A stretch of DNA of 64,000 bases from Gammaproteobacteria bacterium (GTDB taxonomy: Bacteria; Pseudomonadota; Gammaproteobacteria; JBCCGL01). The stretch is taken from NCBI GenBank assembly GCA_965277715.1, contig OZ255836.1, forward strand, positions 2,976,001 to 3,040,000, written 5' to 3'. The notes under the pieces are model-generated. The model did no database searches. It saw only the letters and a program-made list of their open reading frames with translations, and was not told the DNA's origin. Positions within the stretch are counted from its first letter, which is position 1. Every line of letters begins with the position of its first letter. The position numbers and the translations under genes were made by a program. Positions 1 to 8,955 of the stretch are shown piece after piece.

Positions 1-783
1 AGTACCTGGGTATTGATGAGAAGTCCCACCGTAAAGGGCATGACTATGTGACGCTCATCAATGATATCGATGGAGGGCGAGTATTGGATGGAGTGAAAGA
101 TCGCACCCAGGCAACCTGTGAGGAGGCGTTGGAGGTTGCGCTGACGGATAACCAGCGAGAACAGGTGAAAGCTGTCGCGATTGATAGGTGGCCTGCGTTC
201 ATTAATGCTGTTGAGGTAAAACTGTCAGACAGTGCGATTGTTCACGACCGTTTTCATATTAGCCAACACCTGAATAAGGCGGTGGATCAGGTCCGTCGTG
301 ATGAACATAGAGACCTTTTGTCACAGGGCGATAGCCGGTTGAAAAAGAGTCGTTATCACTGGTTAAAAAATGAAGAAAATTTGTCTAACAAAGCAGCCGA
401 GCACTTTGAGTCACTCAAGCATGATCAGTTATTGACAGCCCGAGCCTGGGCGATAAAAGAACTGTTTCGTGATTTTTGGACGTATAAGACAGCGGGTTGG
501 GCAAAGCGTTTCTTTAGCGCATGGTATGCGTGGGCAATTCGGTGCCGATTGGACAGCATAAAGAAAGTGGCCAAGATGATAAAAACGCACATGCCGAACA
601 TATTGACATGGTTTAAGCACACAATAAGTAATGCCGTGTCAGAGGGTTTGAATTCAAAAATTCAGACAGTCAAATCGAATGCAAGAGGGTTTCGTTCGTT
701 TGAAAGCTACCGGCGGAGTATTTTGTTTTACTGCGGAAAGCTGGATAGGGAACCAGTGGCTTCACAATAATCGGGGAAGAACC
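1..783 (+). mobile_element. ISL3-family insertion sequence, right part (left part outside window)
   Basis: The transposase frame is open from position 3. The element ends in TAATCGGGGAAGAACC (768-783), whose reverse complement GGTTCTTC... resembles ISL3 termini. Confidence 0.85.
3..770 (+). CDS. ISL3-family transposase (5' partial)
   Basis: Motifs YLGIDEKSHRKGHDYVT, VAIDRWPAF (D-M-W-like), IVHDRFHI and SNAVSEGLNSKIQ...ARGFRSFE are typical of DDE_Tnp_ISL3. Confidence 0.93.
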   Translation, partial: YLGIDEKSHRKGHDYVTLINDIDGGRVLDGVKDRTQATCEEALEVALTDNQREQVKAVAIDRWPAFINAVEVKLSDSAIVHDRFHISQHLNKAVDQVRRDEHRDLLSQGDSRLKKSRYHWLKNEENLSNKAAEHFESLKHDQLLTARAWAIKELFRDFWTYKTAGWAKRFFSAWYAWAIRCRLDSIKKVAKMIKTHMPNILTWFKHTISNAVSEGLNSKIQTVKSNARGFRSFESYRRSILFYCGKLDREPVASQ

Positions 784-944
784 GATATGCATAGGATGGG
801 GGGGTGGGTTTGCTCAGCGGTGGGTTAAGTGCAGATTTTTATCATGTTTTGCGTGTCTGGTGCGGACACCGAATTTCTATACATGATTACCATCTGCACC
901 ATTAACCCCTTTACCTTTAATAGCATCCGGGTATATTGGCAAGT

Positions 945-1811
945 ATGAATGACAACATCGCCCACCTACCGGAATCCAAACAGGACGAGCTAAGACGTAT
1001 TGCCGAAGTAATACGCAAAGAATGCGATAACGTGGAAATGGTTGTTCTATTTGGCTCCTATGCGCGTGGCGACTGGAAGGACGGCCCGCACGAACAGGGT
1101 CGGGGCCGAATGCTTATTCATAAAAAAAGTGACTACGATATTCTTGCTATTACCCGCAACGAGTACATTGCAAAAGATGTGACGCTTTGGCATAAGATCA
1201 AAGATGAATGTGCCAAACTGAACGTCAGCGCCTATGTTCGCATTCTCGCCCGTGATATTGAGTTTATCAATTACAAGCTTCATCAGGGACAGTACTTTTT
1301 TACCGAGATCATACAACAGGGTGTCGCGCTTTATGACAGTGGAAATGTAGAGCTGGATGAAAAGCGACCGCTTGACCCTGCTGAAGAAAAGCGGATCATT
1401 CAGGCGGATTTGGATGAGGTTTTCACCAGCGCAAAAGAATTCCTTATTGATTCAGACAGCGCTTTCGACAGGGGCAGTTATAAAAATTCTGCATTTCATC
1501 TCCATCAAGCATGTGAGCATGCTTATAAAACTATTCTGCTGATTTTCGCGGGAGAAAGTCCGCAAGAGCACCACCTGGATGTTTTAGGCGATATAGCAGC
1601 TGACTATTGCCCGGATTTGATTGGTGTAATACCCCGTGAAACCCCCGAACAAAAAGCGCTGTTTGAATTGTTGGACTATGCGTATATTGGTGCTCGTTAT
1701 GATCGGAGTTATAAAATCACCCAAGAGCAGTTAGCAGCTTTAATCCCCTGCGTGAAAAAACTGCATGAAGTGGTCGAAAAATGTAGTAGTGAGCGTATGG
1801 TGGGTTTTTAA
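945..1811 (+). CDS. Nucleotidyltransferase (MNT)-HEPN fusion protein
   Basis: N-terminal LFGSYARG...SDYD minimal nucleotidyltransferase motif; C-terminal HEPN-type AFHLHQACEHAYK, HHLDVL, YIGARY. Confidence 0.85.
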   Translation: MNDNIAHLPESKQDELRRIAEVIRKECDNVEMVVLFGSYARGDWKDGPHEQGRGRMLIHKKSDYDILAITRNEYIAKDVTLWHKIKDECAKLNVSAYVRILARDIEFINYKLHQGQYFFTEIIQQGVALYDSGNVELDEKRPLDPAEEKRIIQADLDEVFTSAKEFLIDSDSAFDRGSYKNSAFHLHQACEHAYKTILLIFAGESPQEHHLDVLGDIAADYCPDLIGVIPRETPEQKALFELLDYAYIGARYDRSYKITQEQLAALIPCVKKLHEVVEKCSSERMVGF

Positions 1812-1824
1812 GGGGGCAAACCAA

Positions 1825-2646
1825 TTATTCAATATTCAACTGACTTTCAATCTGGTAGATCATCTCATAGAACTCTCCGGTGTCTAACTGCTTTCTGATA
1901 TAGGCTATTGCGCTTGATACACCACCAGGATGACTTAGACCGAAAATAGTGAGTAATCGCTTTTAGTGACATACCGCTAAACCGCTGGCAGTAATACATC
2001 GCCAGTTTATGGGGAATGTTCACACTGCTTGCCTTGACTGAACAAAATACTGCCTTCGCTCACCCGGCAACAACTTGCCACAGTGCTTACTATCAAGTGG
2101 CTGGCCAACTTTTCCCGCAACTAAAGCGTTGTATATCCTCATCAACCCCTTGACCTACATAGTCTGCGTAGCGTTGATAGCTGTTTCGCGCCGGTAAACA
2201 GGTATAAACGTGATTGCGGCACAACCAAGCGGGGCTCGATGTCTTTCCTATATAAGCTGGGTAACGAGACCAGGGATAGCTCTCTAGCGATTGAACCAGA
2301 GTGGCAATAGATAGGCGCCTTCATCGACATTCAGGGCCTTAAACCGTCCTCTAAACTAATAGCCATCGGTTTTTTTAAGACGGTTATAACGTTATGTATA
2401 AACACCATCGACGTGCTGCATGATGCGACTGAGGTTAGCATCCGGTGTTTCCAGTGGTAGGTGGTAGTGGTTGCCCATTAGGCGGTATATGTGAATTACT
2501 GCCCGGAAACGGTCTGCGGCTTCGGCCAATGTAGTGAGAAACGCTTGGTAGTAAGCTTCGCCATGAAAAATCGCCTTACGCTCCCGACCACGGTTCATTA
2601 TGTGGTAGAAGGCGTTTTCGTATTCTATGCGCTGAGGCCTTGGCAT
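1825..2646 (-). pseudogene. Degraded Y1/HUH (IS200-like, RAYT-type) transposase with C-terminal HTH
   Basis: MPRPQRIEYENAFYHIMNRG...MGNHYHL HUH motif, then in-frame stops in (Q*)RYNRLKKTDGY*FRGRFKA, later frameshifts/deletion, and a C-terminal KLAMYYCQRFSGMSLKAI HTH remnant. Confidence 0.85.
1837..2122. repeat. Direct repeat copy 1 (~286 bp), near-identical to 8977-9261
   Basis: Direct sequence comparison from caactga(c/t)tttcaatctggta to ttttcccgcaact shows only scattered substitutions and one 1-bp indel. Confidence 0.95.
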
Positions 2647-2826
2647 CGGTTGATATTCACACAATCTATACGAAATAACTAGACTGACCCCTTTTGCTCT
2701 GCTTTTGCTCAAGGCCTTAGCCCGACATACTTCTTCGGCAGAGGAAGCCTGTATCTCAGGAATATTCATAAACTCCTTCTTGTTTAAAGATTTAATTTGC
2801 ATCAGAAAACTTTCGAGTGTTACCCG

Positions 2827-3714
2827 TTATAAATTCGAGCATTTTCTTTTCTCCTGAGCAATAAGCGAGCTGCCTATGATTAATGTAATGGCAGCTAAAA
2901 GTAGAATAGAAAAACTCTGAGAGAAGAACAATACCGACAAAACAAAAGAAAACATAAGATTTGCATAGTTAGAAAAACTTAATTCGAAGGGGCTCATTCG
3001 TCCTGCAACAAAAAGCATCAAACAGATGGCAGATATGTTAATAGCAATTCCCGAGAGATAGATTATGCTTTGCCCGTCGCCATACAAACTGGGTAAACCT
3101 CCATTTAATAAGAGAAACAATCCAGCTGATACTAAGTTGGTCACAAGTAGCATCTGAATATAAGAGGTTTTCAGATCTGCACATTTTCTAAGAAAGTACC
3201 CGCTAGCAGCATAAGATAAAGGTACGAAAAGCATCATCGTGTACCACATAGCCTCACCCTTGCCAACACCTTCTTCCAGGCGGGGAATAATAATAAGCCC
3301 TACTCCAATAATACCTAGTGCTAGAGCCAATAGTGAAATATATTTAATGCGTGTGCGGAATAAAACTATGCCAAGCAGCATGGAAAATACTGGTGTCAGA
3401 CTGGTAATAAGAGATGCTTCTGCCGGGGTTATTGAACGCAGGGAAAGATAGAGTATACAATAAGGTACAAATACTAGGCTTAATGCAACACACACCACCC
3501 AAGGAAGCACCTCAATTTTCCATTCGTATAAACAACTTCTATATTTTGGAAACAAACAAATCAAAGATACAGCAATAACGGTACCAGTATTAAGTATCAA
3601 AGGAAATTCATATGGAGTTGCATTGTAAACAAGAGTCAGCTTTCCGAGCACAGACTCTAATGCCCAAAGCAACCCCAAAAATAAAACTAGCATTCCATTT
3701 ATTAATAACTTCAT
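2827..3714 (-). CDS. DMT/EamA-family membrane transporter
   Basis: About 10 hydrophobic helices; ASLITSLTPVFSMLL...LGIIGVGLII EamA-like pattern; start overlaps the LOG stop (ATGA). Confidence 0.8.
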   Translation of the reverse strand: MKLLINGMLVLFLGLLWALESVLGKLTLVYNATPYEFPLILNTGTVIAVSLICLFPKYRSCLYEWKIEVLPWVVCVALSLVFVPYCILYLSLRSITPAEASLITSLTPVFSMLLGIVLFRTRIKYISLLALALGIIGVGLIIIPRLEEGVGKGEAMWYTMMLFVPLSYAASGYFLRKCADLKTSYIQMLLVTNLVSAGLFLLLNGGLPSLYGDGQSIIYLSGIAINISAICLMLFVAGRMSPFELSFSNYANLMFSFVLSVLFFSQSFSILLLAAITLIIGSSLIAQEKRKCSNL

Positions 3715-4072
3715 AATGTTTTTTCAAAGTAGTCACTAATATTGGAAAAAACCCTAAAAGTATCACGTCCTTCAGTGATAATCATCTCTTCAGTCTCGGC
3801 AACTTTAATGAAATCAAATAATTTATTCCAGTAACAATTAACGTTGATGAAACTAATTGGAAAAGAAACCAAGCCTAATTGTTTCATAGTGATTATTTCG
3901 CAAGCTTCATCTAGTGTGCCAAAACCACCTGGCAAAATAATAAATTCGTCCGACAATTCCATCATCTTTTGTTTCCTCCGCCCCAGTGTCTGCATTTCAA
4001 ATACTTCTTGGCCGCTAATTGAGGTCGGTTCTACTGGTCTTATATCCGGACAAGTCACACCGATATGAAACG
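3711..4072 (-). pseudogene. LOG-family (nucleotide phosphoribohydrolase) gene, N-terminally truncated
   Basis: RRKQKMM..SDEFIILPGGFGTLDE matches the LOG PGGxGTxxE motif. Homology starts at IGVTCP and the N-terminal GGxxGLM portion is missing. Confidence 0.8.
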
Positions 4073-4088
4073 GGTTCTTCGTAGATTA
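4073..4088 (-). mobile_element. Isolated ISL3-like terminal inverted repeat
   Basis: Minus-strand TAATCTACGAAGAACC matches 13/16 with the ISL3 end TAATCGGGGAAGAACC at 768-783 and sits exactly at the LOG truncation point. Confidence 0.55.
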
Positions 4089-4631
4089 GAGAACATATAA
4101 TGTTTGATCGTCTATATCGGCGTGCAAAAGTCCGAAGCGTAAGGTTTGTGAAGCACCATCAATGGCCAGCACAAGCGGCAGTGGCTGCATTAACAAATCG
4201 GGTAGCGTGGGCTTAGCCACGACATTGGCGATTACTTGGTCAAGTGAAGTGCTAAACGTCAAGGTGTGGTAGCCAAGCGCGACACCCTGAGTCAGGGTTA
4301 ATGTAAACTCGGCGCGATTGGCGGTGGTTTCTATTTCACTGGTTAGTAGGTTGTGAGTGTCGTCGCTAGGGATGTCGACGTTGCGCAAGCCGATGTAAGC
4401 CGCAACCAGTATGGCGGAAAAACCAATGCGTACTTCTTGAGGGGAAAGCGCGGTAACCGTCAGTGAGCCAATATCGACTTCTCGCTGGATGCTGATGATA
4501 TTGCCCGCAGCGCCACAGCCGTACTCGATCACCTCGCGGTCATCACCGCATGCAGAATGAAACAGCGGCACGGCGATAAACGCAGCCAACGCGACTAAGC
4601 GTATATACAAGAAAAATCTGACTATTTCCAA
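4086..4631 (-). CDS. Putative secreted/lipoprotein fragment, beta-strand-rich, probably C-terminally truncated
   Basis: Hydrophobic N-terminus ending in FHSAC (lipobox-like); Thr/Val-rich strands; the stop codon lies within the ISL3-like end. Confidence 0.4.
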   Translation of the reverse strand: MEIVRFFLYIRLVALAAFIAVPLFHSACGDDREVIEYGCGAAGNIISIQREVDIGSLTVTALSPQEVRIGFSAILVAAYIGLRNVDIPSDDTHNLLTSEIETTANRAEFTLTLTQGVALGYHTLTFSTSLDQVIANVVAKPTLPDLLMQPLPLVLAIDGASQTLRFGLLHADIDDQTLYVL

Positions 4632-5004
4632 CGTCTGTTCCTACGCAAAAATCTTGATAAAGTTTCCTGGCGGTTTCTAGATCACCATCCAATCTATTTT
4701 TAGAATATCCATAAAAAATATTAATGCAAGTTATTTTTTATATATTTCCTCTCTTTACAGAAAAAAACATATTAAGGTATTGAAATACGTAAAGAAAAAA
4801 TATTTAGTGATCAAATCAACTGGTAACATCTCTAGATAGGTAAAAAATGGCCGCTTTTCTCTGGAAAATATTTCATATTGGGCTAATCAGCAAAGACTGG
4901 TTTAAACTTATAAGTATTTGAAATAAAGTCACTGCTGTCCCGCTAAGAAGAAATAAGGAGACCTGAATATTCGATTATTTTTTTACAATGAATTCACCAT
5001 AAAC

Positions 5005-6125
5005 CATTAAATCAACAAAAGGTTGATTCGGGTAGGCTGGCCGATATTTCAATGTACAAAATAGCGATTCAGAATGCGGGTTGTCGTTACTGACAGATGG
5101 ACGGCTAAACGAGGGAATCACACCTAATTGCTGTAATGTGGCTAACATCGTTGTCCCTTTCATTGGACTGCCATTATCAGAATGCAGCGTGACTTGTTGC
5201 TGTTTGATCTTTTCCCTTAAACAAATATCTACCAGTAGATTGGCTGCCAAGGCGCTTGATTCTTCTTCAAACACTTGTCAACCCACTATCTTCCGGTTGT
5301 AAATATCCATCACTAAATACAGATAGAAAAATAGCTCTTTGATGGCCGTTGGTAGATAAGTGATATCCCAAGAGTAAATTTCATTGGGTCTTGTGCCAAG
5401 CAATGCACGAGGTTTGTTAATCGCCCTAGGCTTTGATTTTTGTCGGTGTGTTAACTATTTTTCATCCTTTAGTATCCTATAAAAACTGTACTCTGACGCC
5501 AAATAACGACTGTTATCGGCAAGACGAGGAACTTATCTTACCAGGCGGTAAATCCGCGTATTCAGGCTCATTAGCGACCTTGAGCAGCTGTTGCCGTTCC
5601 CACTCACTCAACTTATTGCCCGGCTTGTGTGTAGGCTCCAAACGACGATCCTTCGTTTGTTCAGTTCGCGTCCAACGCTGATAGGTTTTTGCACTGATGC
5701 CCACCATACTGCAAGCTTCTGACTGCCTAGCCCCTGCCGCTCTGGCTTGGTCTATTAACACTATAATCTCATCGCGTTCTTCACTCATGGTGAGTCGCCC
5801 TCGTCGTTTCCCCATATCGCGTTGACTTTTTTTTCAACACCAACAGCGCTGCTGTTTCTGCCAGCGCTTTGTCTTCACGATGTAATTCCTTTTTCAGTTC
5901 TTGGTTCTCTACTTTCAACTGCCAGGTTTCTGCTCGCTCTGCAACTTTGTCTTGGTTTGATGAGCTACCTAAAAATTCGTTTTTCCATTGTTCGATATGA
6001 TGCAGGTAAATACCTTTTGCTCGACACGTTTCACTGACTTGTGCTTCGTCCAAGGCACCACAACTTATCACCATATCCAACTTATCTTCTTTACTCCAAT
6101 CTTGTGATCACCTTTCTTTTTTCAT
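5005..6125 (-). pseudogene. IS3-family transposase remnant (orfA/orfB, several stops and frameshifts)
   Basis: orfA ...KALAETAALLVLKKK with an A8G run; orfB fragments YSWDITYLPT, YLYLVMDIY, LHSDNGSPMK and SRPSVSNDNPHSESLF; internal stop codons. Confidence 0.9.
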
Positions 6126-6175
6126 AACGGTTTTATCGCATTGAGTCGATTTCAATATATATGCTCTCGATTCTC

Positions 6176-7326
6176 TTAAAAGGCTGCCAACCCCCCTCGT
6201 CTCAGGGCTTGCCCGTTGTACAGGCGAGTGTGTGGCGAATGAAGCGGCCAGTCACTGGCACTGGCAAGGGCGTTCAGTTAAATTGGTTGACGGCACCACT
6301 GTGACAATGCCCGATACGCCTGAAAATCAGGTAGTTTATCCGCAACAGTCAGGCCAGCAAGTGGGGATCGGTTTTCCTCTTTGTCGCTGGGTAGGAATTA
6401 TTTGTTTAGCCAGTGGTGGTGTTCTCGATGCGGCAATGGGTCCTTTTAAAGGTAAGGGAGCGGATGAGCAAACGTTATTGAGAAAAATACAAAATGCGCT
6501 TAAACCGGGTGATATTGTGGTGGGTGATGCCTATTTTGCGGGTTATTTTTTTCTAGCAAACCTTATAGAGCAAGGAGTAGACGGTGTATTTGAGCCGCAT
6601 GGTGCGCGGCGTAAATCCACAGATTTTCGAGAAGGCAAAAGGCTTGGATCGAAGGATCACCTGATTTGTTATACAAAGCCCAAGAAAAGACCAGAGTGGA
6701 TGAGCGAAGAAGCCTATGAAGCGGCTGCTGATGAAGTGGTTATACGTGAACTGAAAGTGGGTAAAAAACTGTTGGTGACAACGTTGTTATCAGTTAAATC
6801 GGCGTCTAAAGAGGCGCTTAAACAGCTCTACAAAGAACGCTGGCATGTCGAACTTGATTTACGCCATATAAAAACGACAATGAAGATGCACACTTTCCGT
6901 TGTAAGACGCCAGAAATGGTTGAGAAGGAAATGTGGGTACACATATTAGCTTACAACCTTATTCGCTTATTAATGGCGCAATCTGCCTTACTAGTGGACA
7001 TACTGCCTCGACAGATAAGTTTTAAGCATACGTTACAAATTTGGGTAGCATATCGTTATCAGAAAGGCGGTAGCCCTCTGGGTAGTGATAAGGTGTTGGC
7101 GCTATGTGCGTTGATTGCAGAAAACTGTGTGGGTAATCGACCGGGGCGTATTGAACCAAGAGTGGTTAAACGAAGACCCAAACCATATCGTTTATTGATG
7201 CAGCCAAGGGACGTGGCCAGAAGTGTTGTTAAAAAATATGGCCATCCCAAAAAACAGAAATAGGTCATTTACAATGAAAGTACTTCCATATTTTTCATGT
7301 ACTTAGAGCTTAAGGAAGTGCCATTC
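6176..7326 (+). mobile_element. IS4-family element, 5'-truncated, with right end
   Basis: Transposase homology begins near KRLP...; the element ends CTTAAGGAAGTGCCATTC (7326), resembling IS4-family right IRs. Confidence 0.75.
6232..7263 (+). CDS. IS4-family transposase (N-terminally truncated)
   Basis: VKLVDGTT, DIVVGDAYF, LYKERWHVELDLRHIK (YREK-like) and RPGRIEPRVVKRRPKPY. Confidence 0.9.
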   Translation: MANEAASHWHWQGRSVKLVDGTTVTMPDTPENQVVYPQQSGQQVGIGFPLCRWVGIICLASGGVLDAAMGPFKGKGADEQTLLRKIQNALKPGDIVVGDAYFAGYFFLANLIEQGVDGVFEPHGARRKSTDFREGKRLGSKDHLICYTKPKKRPEWMSEEAYEAAADEVVIRELKVGKKLLVTTLLSVKSASKEALKQLYKERWHVELDLRHIKTTMKMHTFRCKTPEMVEKEMWVHILAYNLIRLLMAQSALLVDILPRQISFKHTLQIWVAYRYQKGGSPLGSDKVLALCALIAENCVGNRPGRIEPRVVKRRPKPYRLLMQPRDVARSVVKKYGHPKKQK

Positions 7327-7359
7327 TAACCTGATCCTCTTTTTTCTCTTTTTTAATAA

Positions 7360-7402
7360 AGGTGCGAACTTGCGAGCATCCTAGTGCTTGGCCTTGTTAG
7401 CT
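7360..7402 (-). other. Truncated integron attC site (end of TA cassette)
   Basis: Minus strand reads AGCTAAC-AAGG-CCAAGCAC-TAGGATGCTCGCAAGTTCGCACCT just after the yoeB stop. The R'' and L'' half is present; the L'/R' half is lost. Confidence 0.65.
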
Positions 7403-7416
7403 GATGAGCTTTAAGA

Positions 7417-7680
7417 TTACTCATAATGTGTCCACAAGCGTAATACTTTAACCGTTTTGTCTTTATCTAAAACCTCATATACCAATCTATGTTGAATATT
7501 GATCCTACGCGAATACACACCAAATAAATTACCAACCAATTTTTCATATGGAGGAGGGGTTTGATATGGATTTGATTTCAGAACAGCAAGCAATTTTTGA
7601 GCTTTAGGCTTTAACCCTGAAGATACGAGTTTTTTAGCATCTTTTTGGGCTTGCTTAGTATATACAACTTGCCATGTCAC
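7417..7680 (-). CDS. yoeB: Txe/YoeB-family toxin
   Basis: NPYQTPPPYEKLVGNL..YSRRINIQHRLVYEV..VLRLWTHYE; GTGA overlap with the antitoxin stop. Confidence 0.93.
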   Translation of the reverse strand: MTWQVVYTKQAQKDAKKLVSSGLKPKAQKLLAVLKSNPYQTPPPYEKLVGNLFGVYSRRINIQHRLVYEVLDKDKTVKVLRLWTHYE

Positions 7681-7919
7681 CAATCTAGTTCCTTGGCACA
7701 GTCATCAGTTTTTTCAGTAAGACCATTTTTTATACTTTCACGCATACCGGGGACAGCTAAAAGATATAAAGTTTCTTGAATTGCATCCCAGTCTTCAGAA
7801 GAAACTAAGACAGCATTATTCCTTTTCCCAGAAATAATTATTGGCTCATGAGTTTCTGAAGTTTGATCTAAAAGCCTGTAGAGGTTTGTACGAGCTTCAC
7901 TAGCTGTAAGAGTTTGCAT
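7677..7919 (-). CDS. yefM: Phd/YefM-family antitoxin
   Basis: LTASEARTNLYRLLD..HEPIII..NAVLVS.EDW.AIQETLYLL..PGMRESI. Confidence 0.93.
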   Translation of the reverse strand: MQTLTASEARTNLYRLLDQTSETHEPIIISGKRNNAVLVSSEDWDAIQETLYLLAVPGMRESIKNGLTEKTDDCAKELDW

Positions 7920-7946
7920 CTAGTCACCCTTAAAAACAAAAACAAT

Positions 7947-7976
7947 ATAGTACGTTATTTCGTACGACTTTGTAAA
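7947..7976 (-). promoter_or_regulatory. Putative TA promoter with autoregulatory operator palindrome
   Basis: Minus-strand TTTACA (-35-like) and TACTAT (-10-like), 18 bp apart, overlapping the GTACG-N6-CGTAC palindrome (7950-7965); GTAC cores are typical of yefM-yoeB operators. Confidence 0.5.
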
Positions 7977-7977
7977 C

Positions 7978-8050
7978 GGCTAACGCCCAAAGCAGCGGCG
8001 TGCGTTAGCACGTCCAGCCCGCAGGGCGATGCTGCCTTTGCTTGTTATGA
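7978..8050 (-). other. Integron attC recombination site (73 bp)
   Basis: Minus strand TCATAAC(R'')-AAG-CAAAGGCAGC(L'', extra G)...GCTGCTTTG(L')-GGC-GTTAGCC(R'); overlaps the stop codon of the upstream cassette ORF. Confidence 0.85.
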
Positions 8051-8488
8051 GTTTTGCCACTGCTCCATGCGCTCTCTTGAAATGCTTACTGCTTGCTCGC
8101 TAAAAAGATCTGGGTAGCGAAGGATGACGTTTTCGAATGCATAGTCTTCTAGCCCCATTTCCACGAGAGAAGTGTAACCTTGCGTTTCAGTTGGACGATT
8201 TACAGCTCTTTCTACGGCACCAATAATCCCGTGACGAGTAATCATTTGCCAAGTGCGGACCGCTCGAGTCTTTTTTCCGTTCTTGGTACTCAATACTTCT
8301 TCGTATGCGTATACCGCTTCAAGCGCCTCACGCTCCGCCTGTGTTTCAGCACCATAAGCTTTTGCGCGAAGTTGAACGGCTCTCTCTTTCGCCTCTTGAG
8401 CTAAATCCTCACGGCCTCGCTCGATACAGTTTTTTGCAAAAACCTCGCATTTTTCAGGTGTATCTATTTTTTTAACTCTATCGTCCAT
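8045..8488 (-). CDS. Hypothetical protein carried as an integron gene cassette
   Basis: Intact 147-aa helical ORF bounded by GTTATGA (8512-8518, minus) and the complementary TCATAAC at its stop. Confidence 0.75.
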   Translation of the reverse strand: MDDRVKKIDTPEKCEVFAKNCIERGREDLAQEAKERAVQLRAKAYGAETQAEREALEAVYAYEEVLSTKNGKKTRAVRTWQMITRHGIIGAVERAVNRPTETQGYTSLVEMGLEDYAFENVILRYPDLFSEQAVSISRERMEQWQNS

Positions 8489-8511
8489 TCATAGTCTCAA
8501 TTTTGAGTGAC

Positions 8512-8550
8512 TCATAACAGCATGTTAATGAGGCCTGCGGCCTCATAATT
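8512..8550 (-). other. attI-like array entry site: core GTTATGA preceded by an 8-bp hairpin
   Basis: Minus strand AATT-ATGAGGCC-GCA-GGCCTCAT-TAACATGCT-GTTATGA; no attC-like L' box precedes the core. Confidence 0.45.
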
Positions 8551-8955
8551 ATTATTATCGGGCCATTTATGAAATACTCTAAATACGTGATATATATAGC
8601 ATTAATTGTATTCCTAGCTGTCTTATTTAAAAATAAGAGGCCATGTTTGTAGAGTCAGTATAGCTGTTTCTCAAATAAACAGTCACTATGTAGACCGCTT
8701 TATTTAGAAAGAATTATCCTATGCCTGCACCTTAGTCTCTCTCCTTTCACAGAATTAATAGCGGTAGAATAATAAAGCCCTATTTGTATTGGGTTAAGTA
8801 TTTCATTATTTATTAGCCGTGATATCTGCAAAGTCGGTTGGTTACACCCACACACTTGGATGTTTAAACATTTATTTTTTGAAATTTTCTTCTGCCGTTA
8901 CTTGCAGTGCTTTAATAGACTTGCATATATAACATCAACTATCATTTGTTGCACT

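Noticed and set aside
4925-5005. Possible additional IS end at the IS3 truncation point
   Set aside because: No matching partner repeat or recognisable terminus could be identified by eye.
5485-5508. ACTGTACTCTGACGCCAAATAAC, resembling RAYT-associated ...CTGACCCC repeats
   Set aside because: On the minus strand it encodes the IS3 orfB segment YLASEYSFYRIL, so it is transposase coding sequence.
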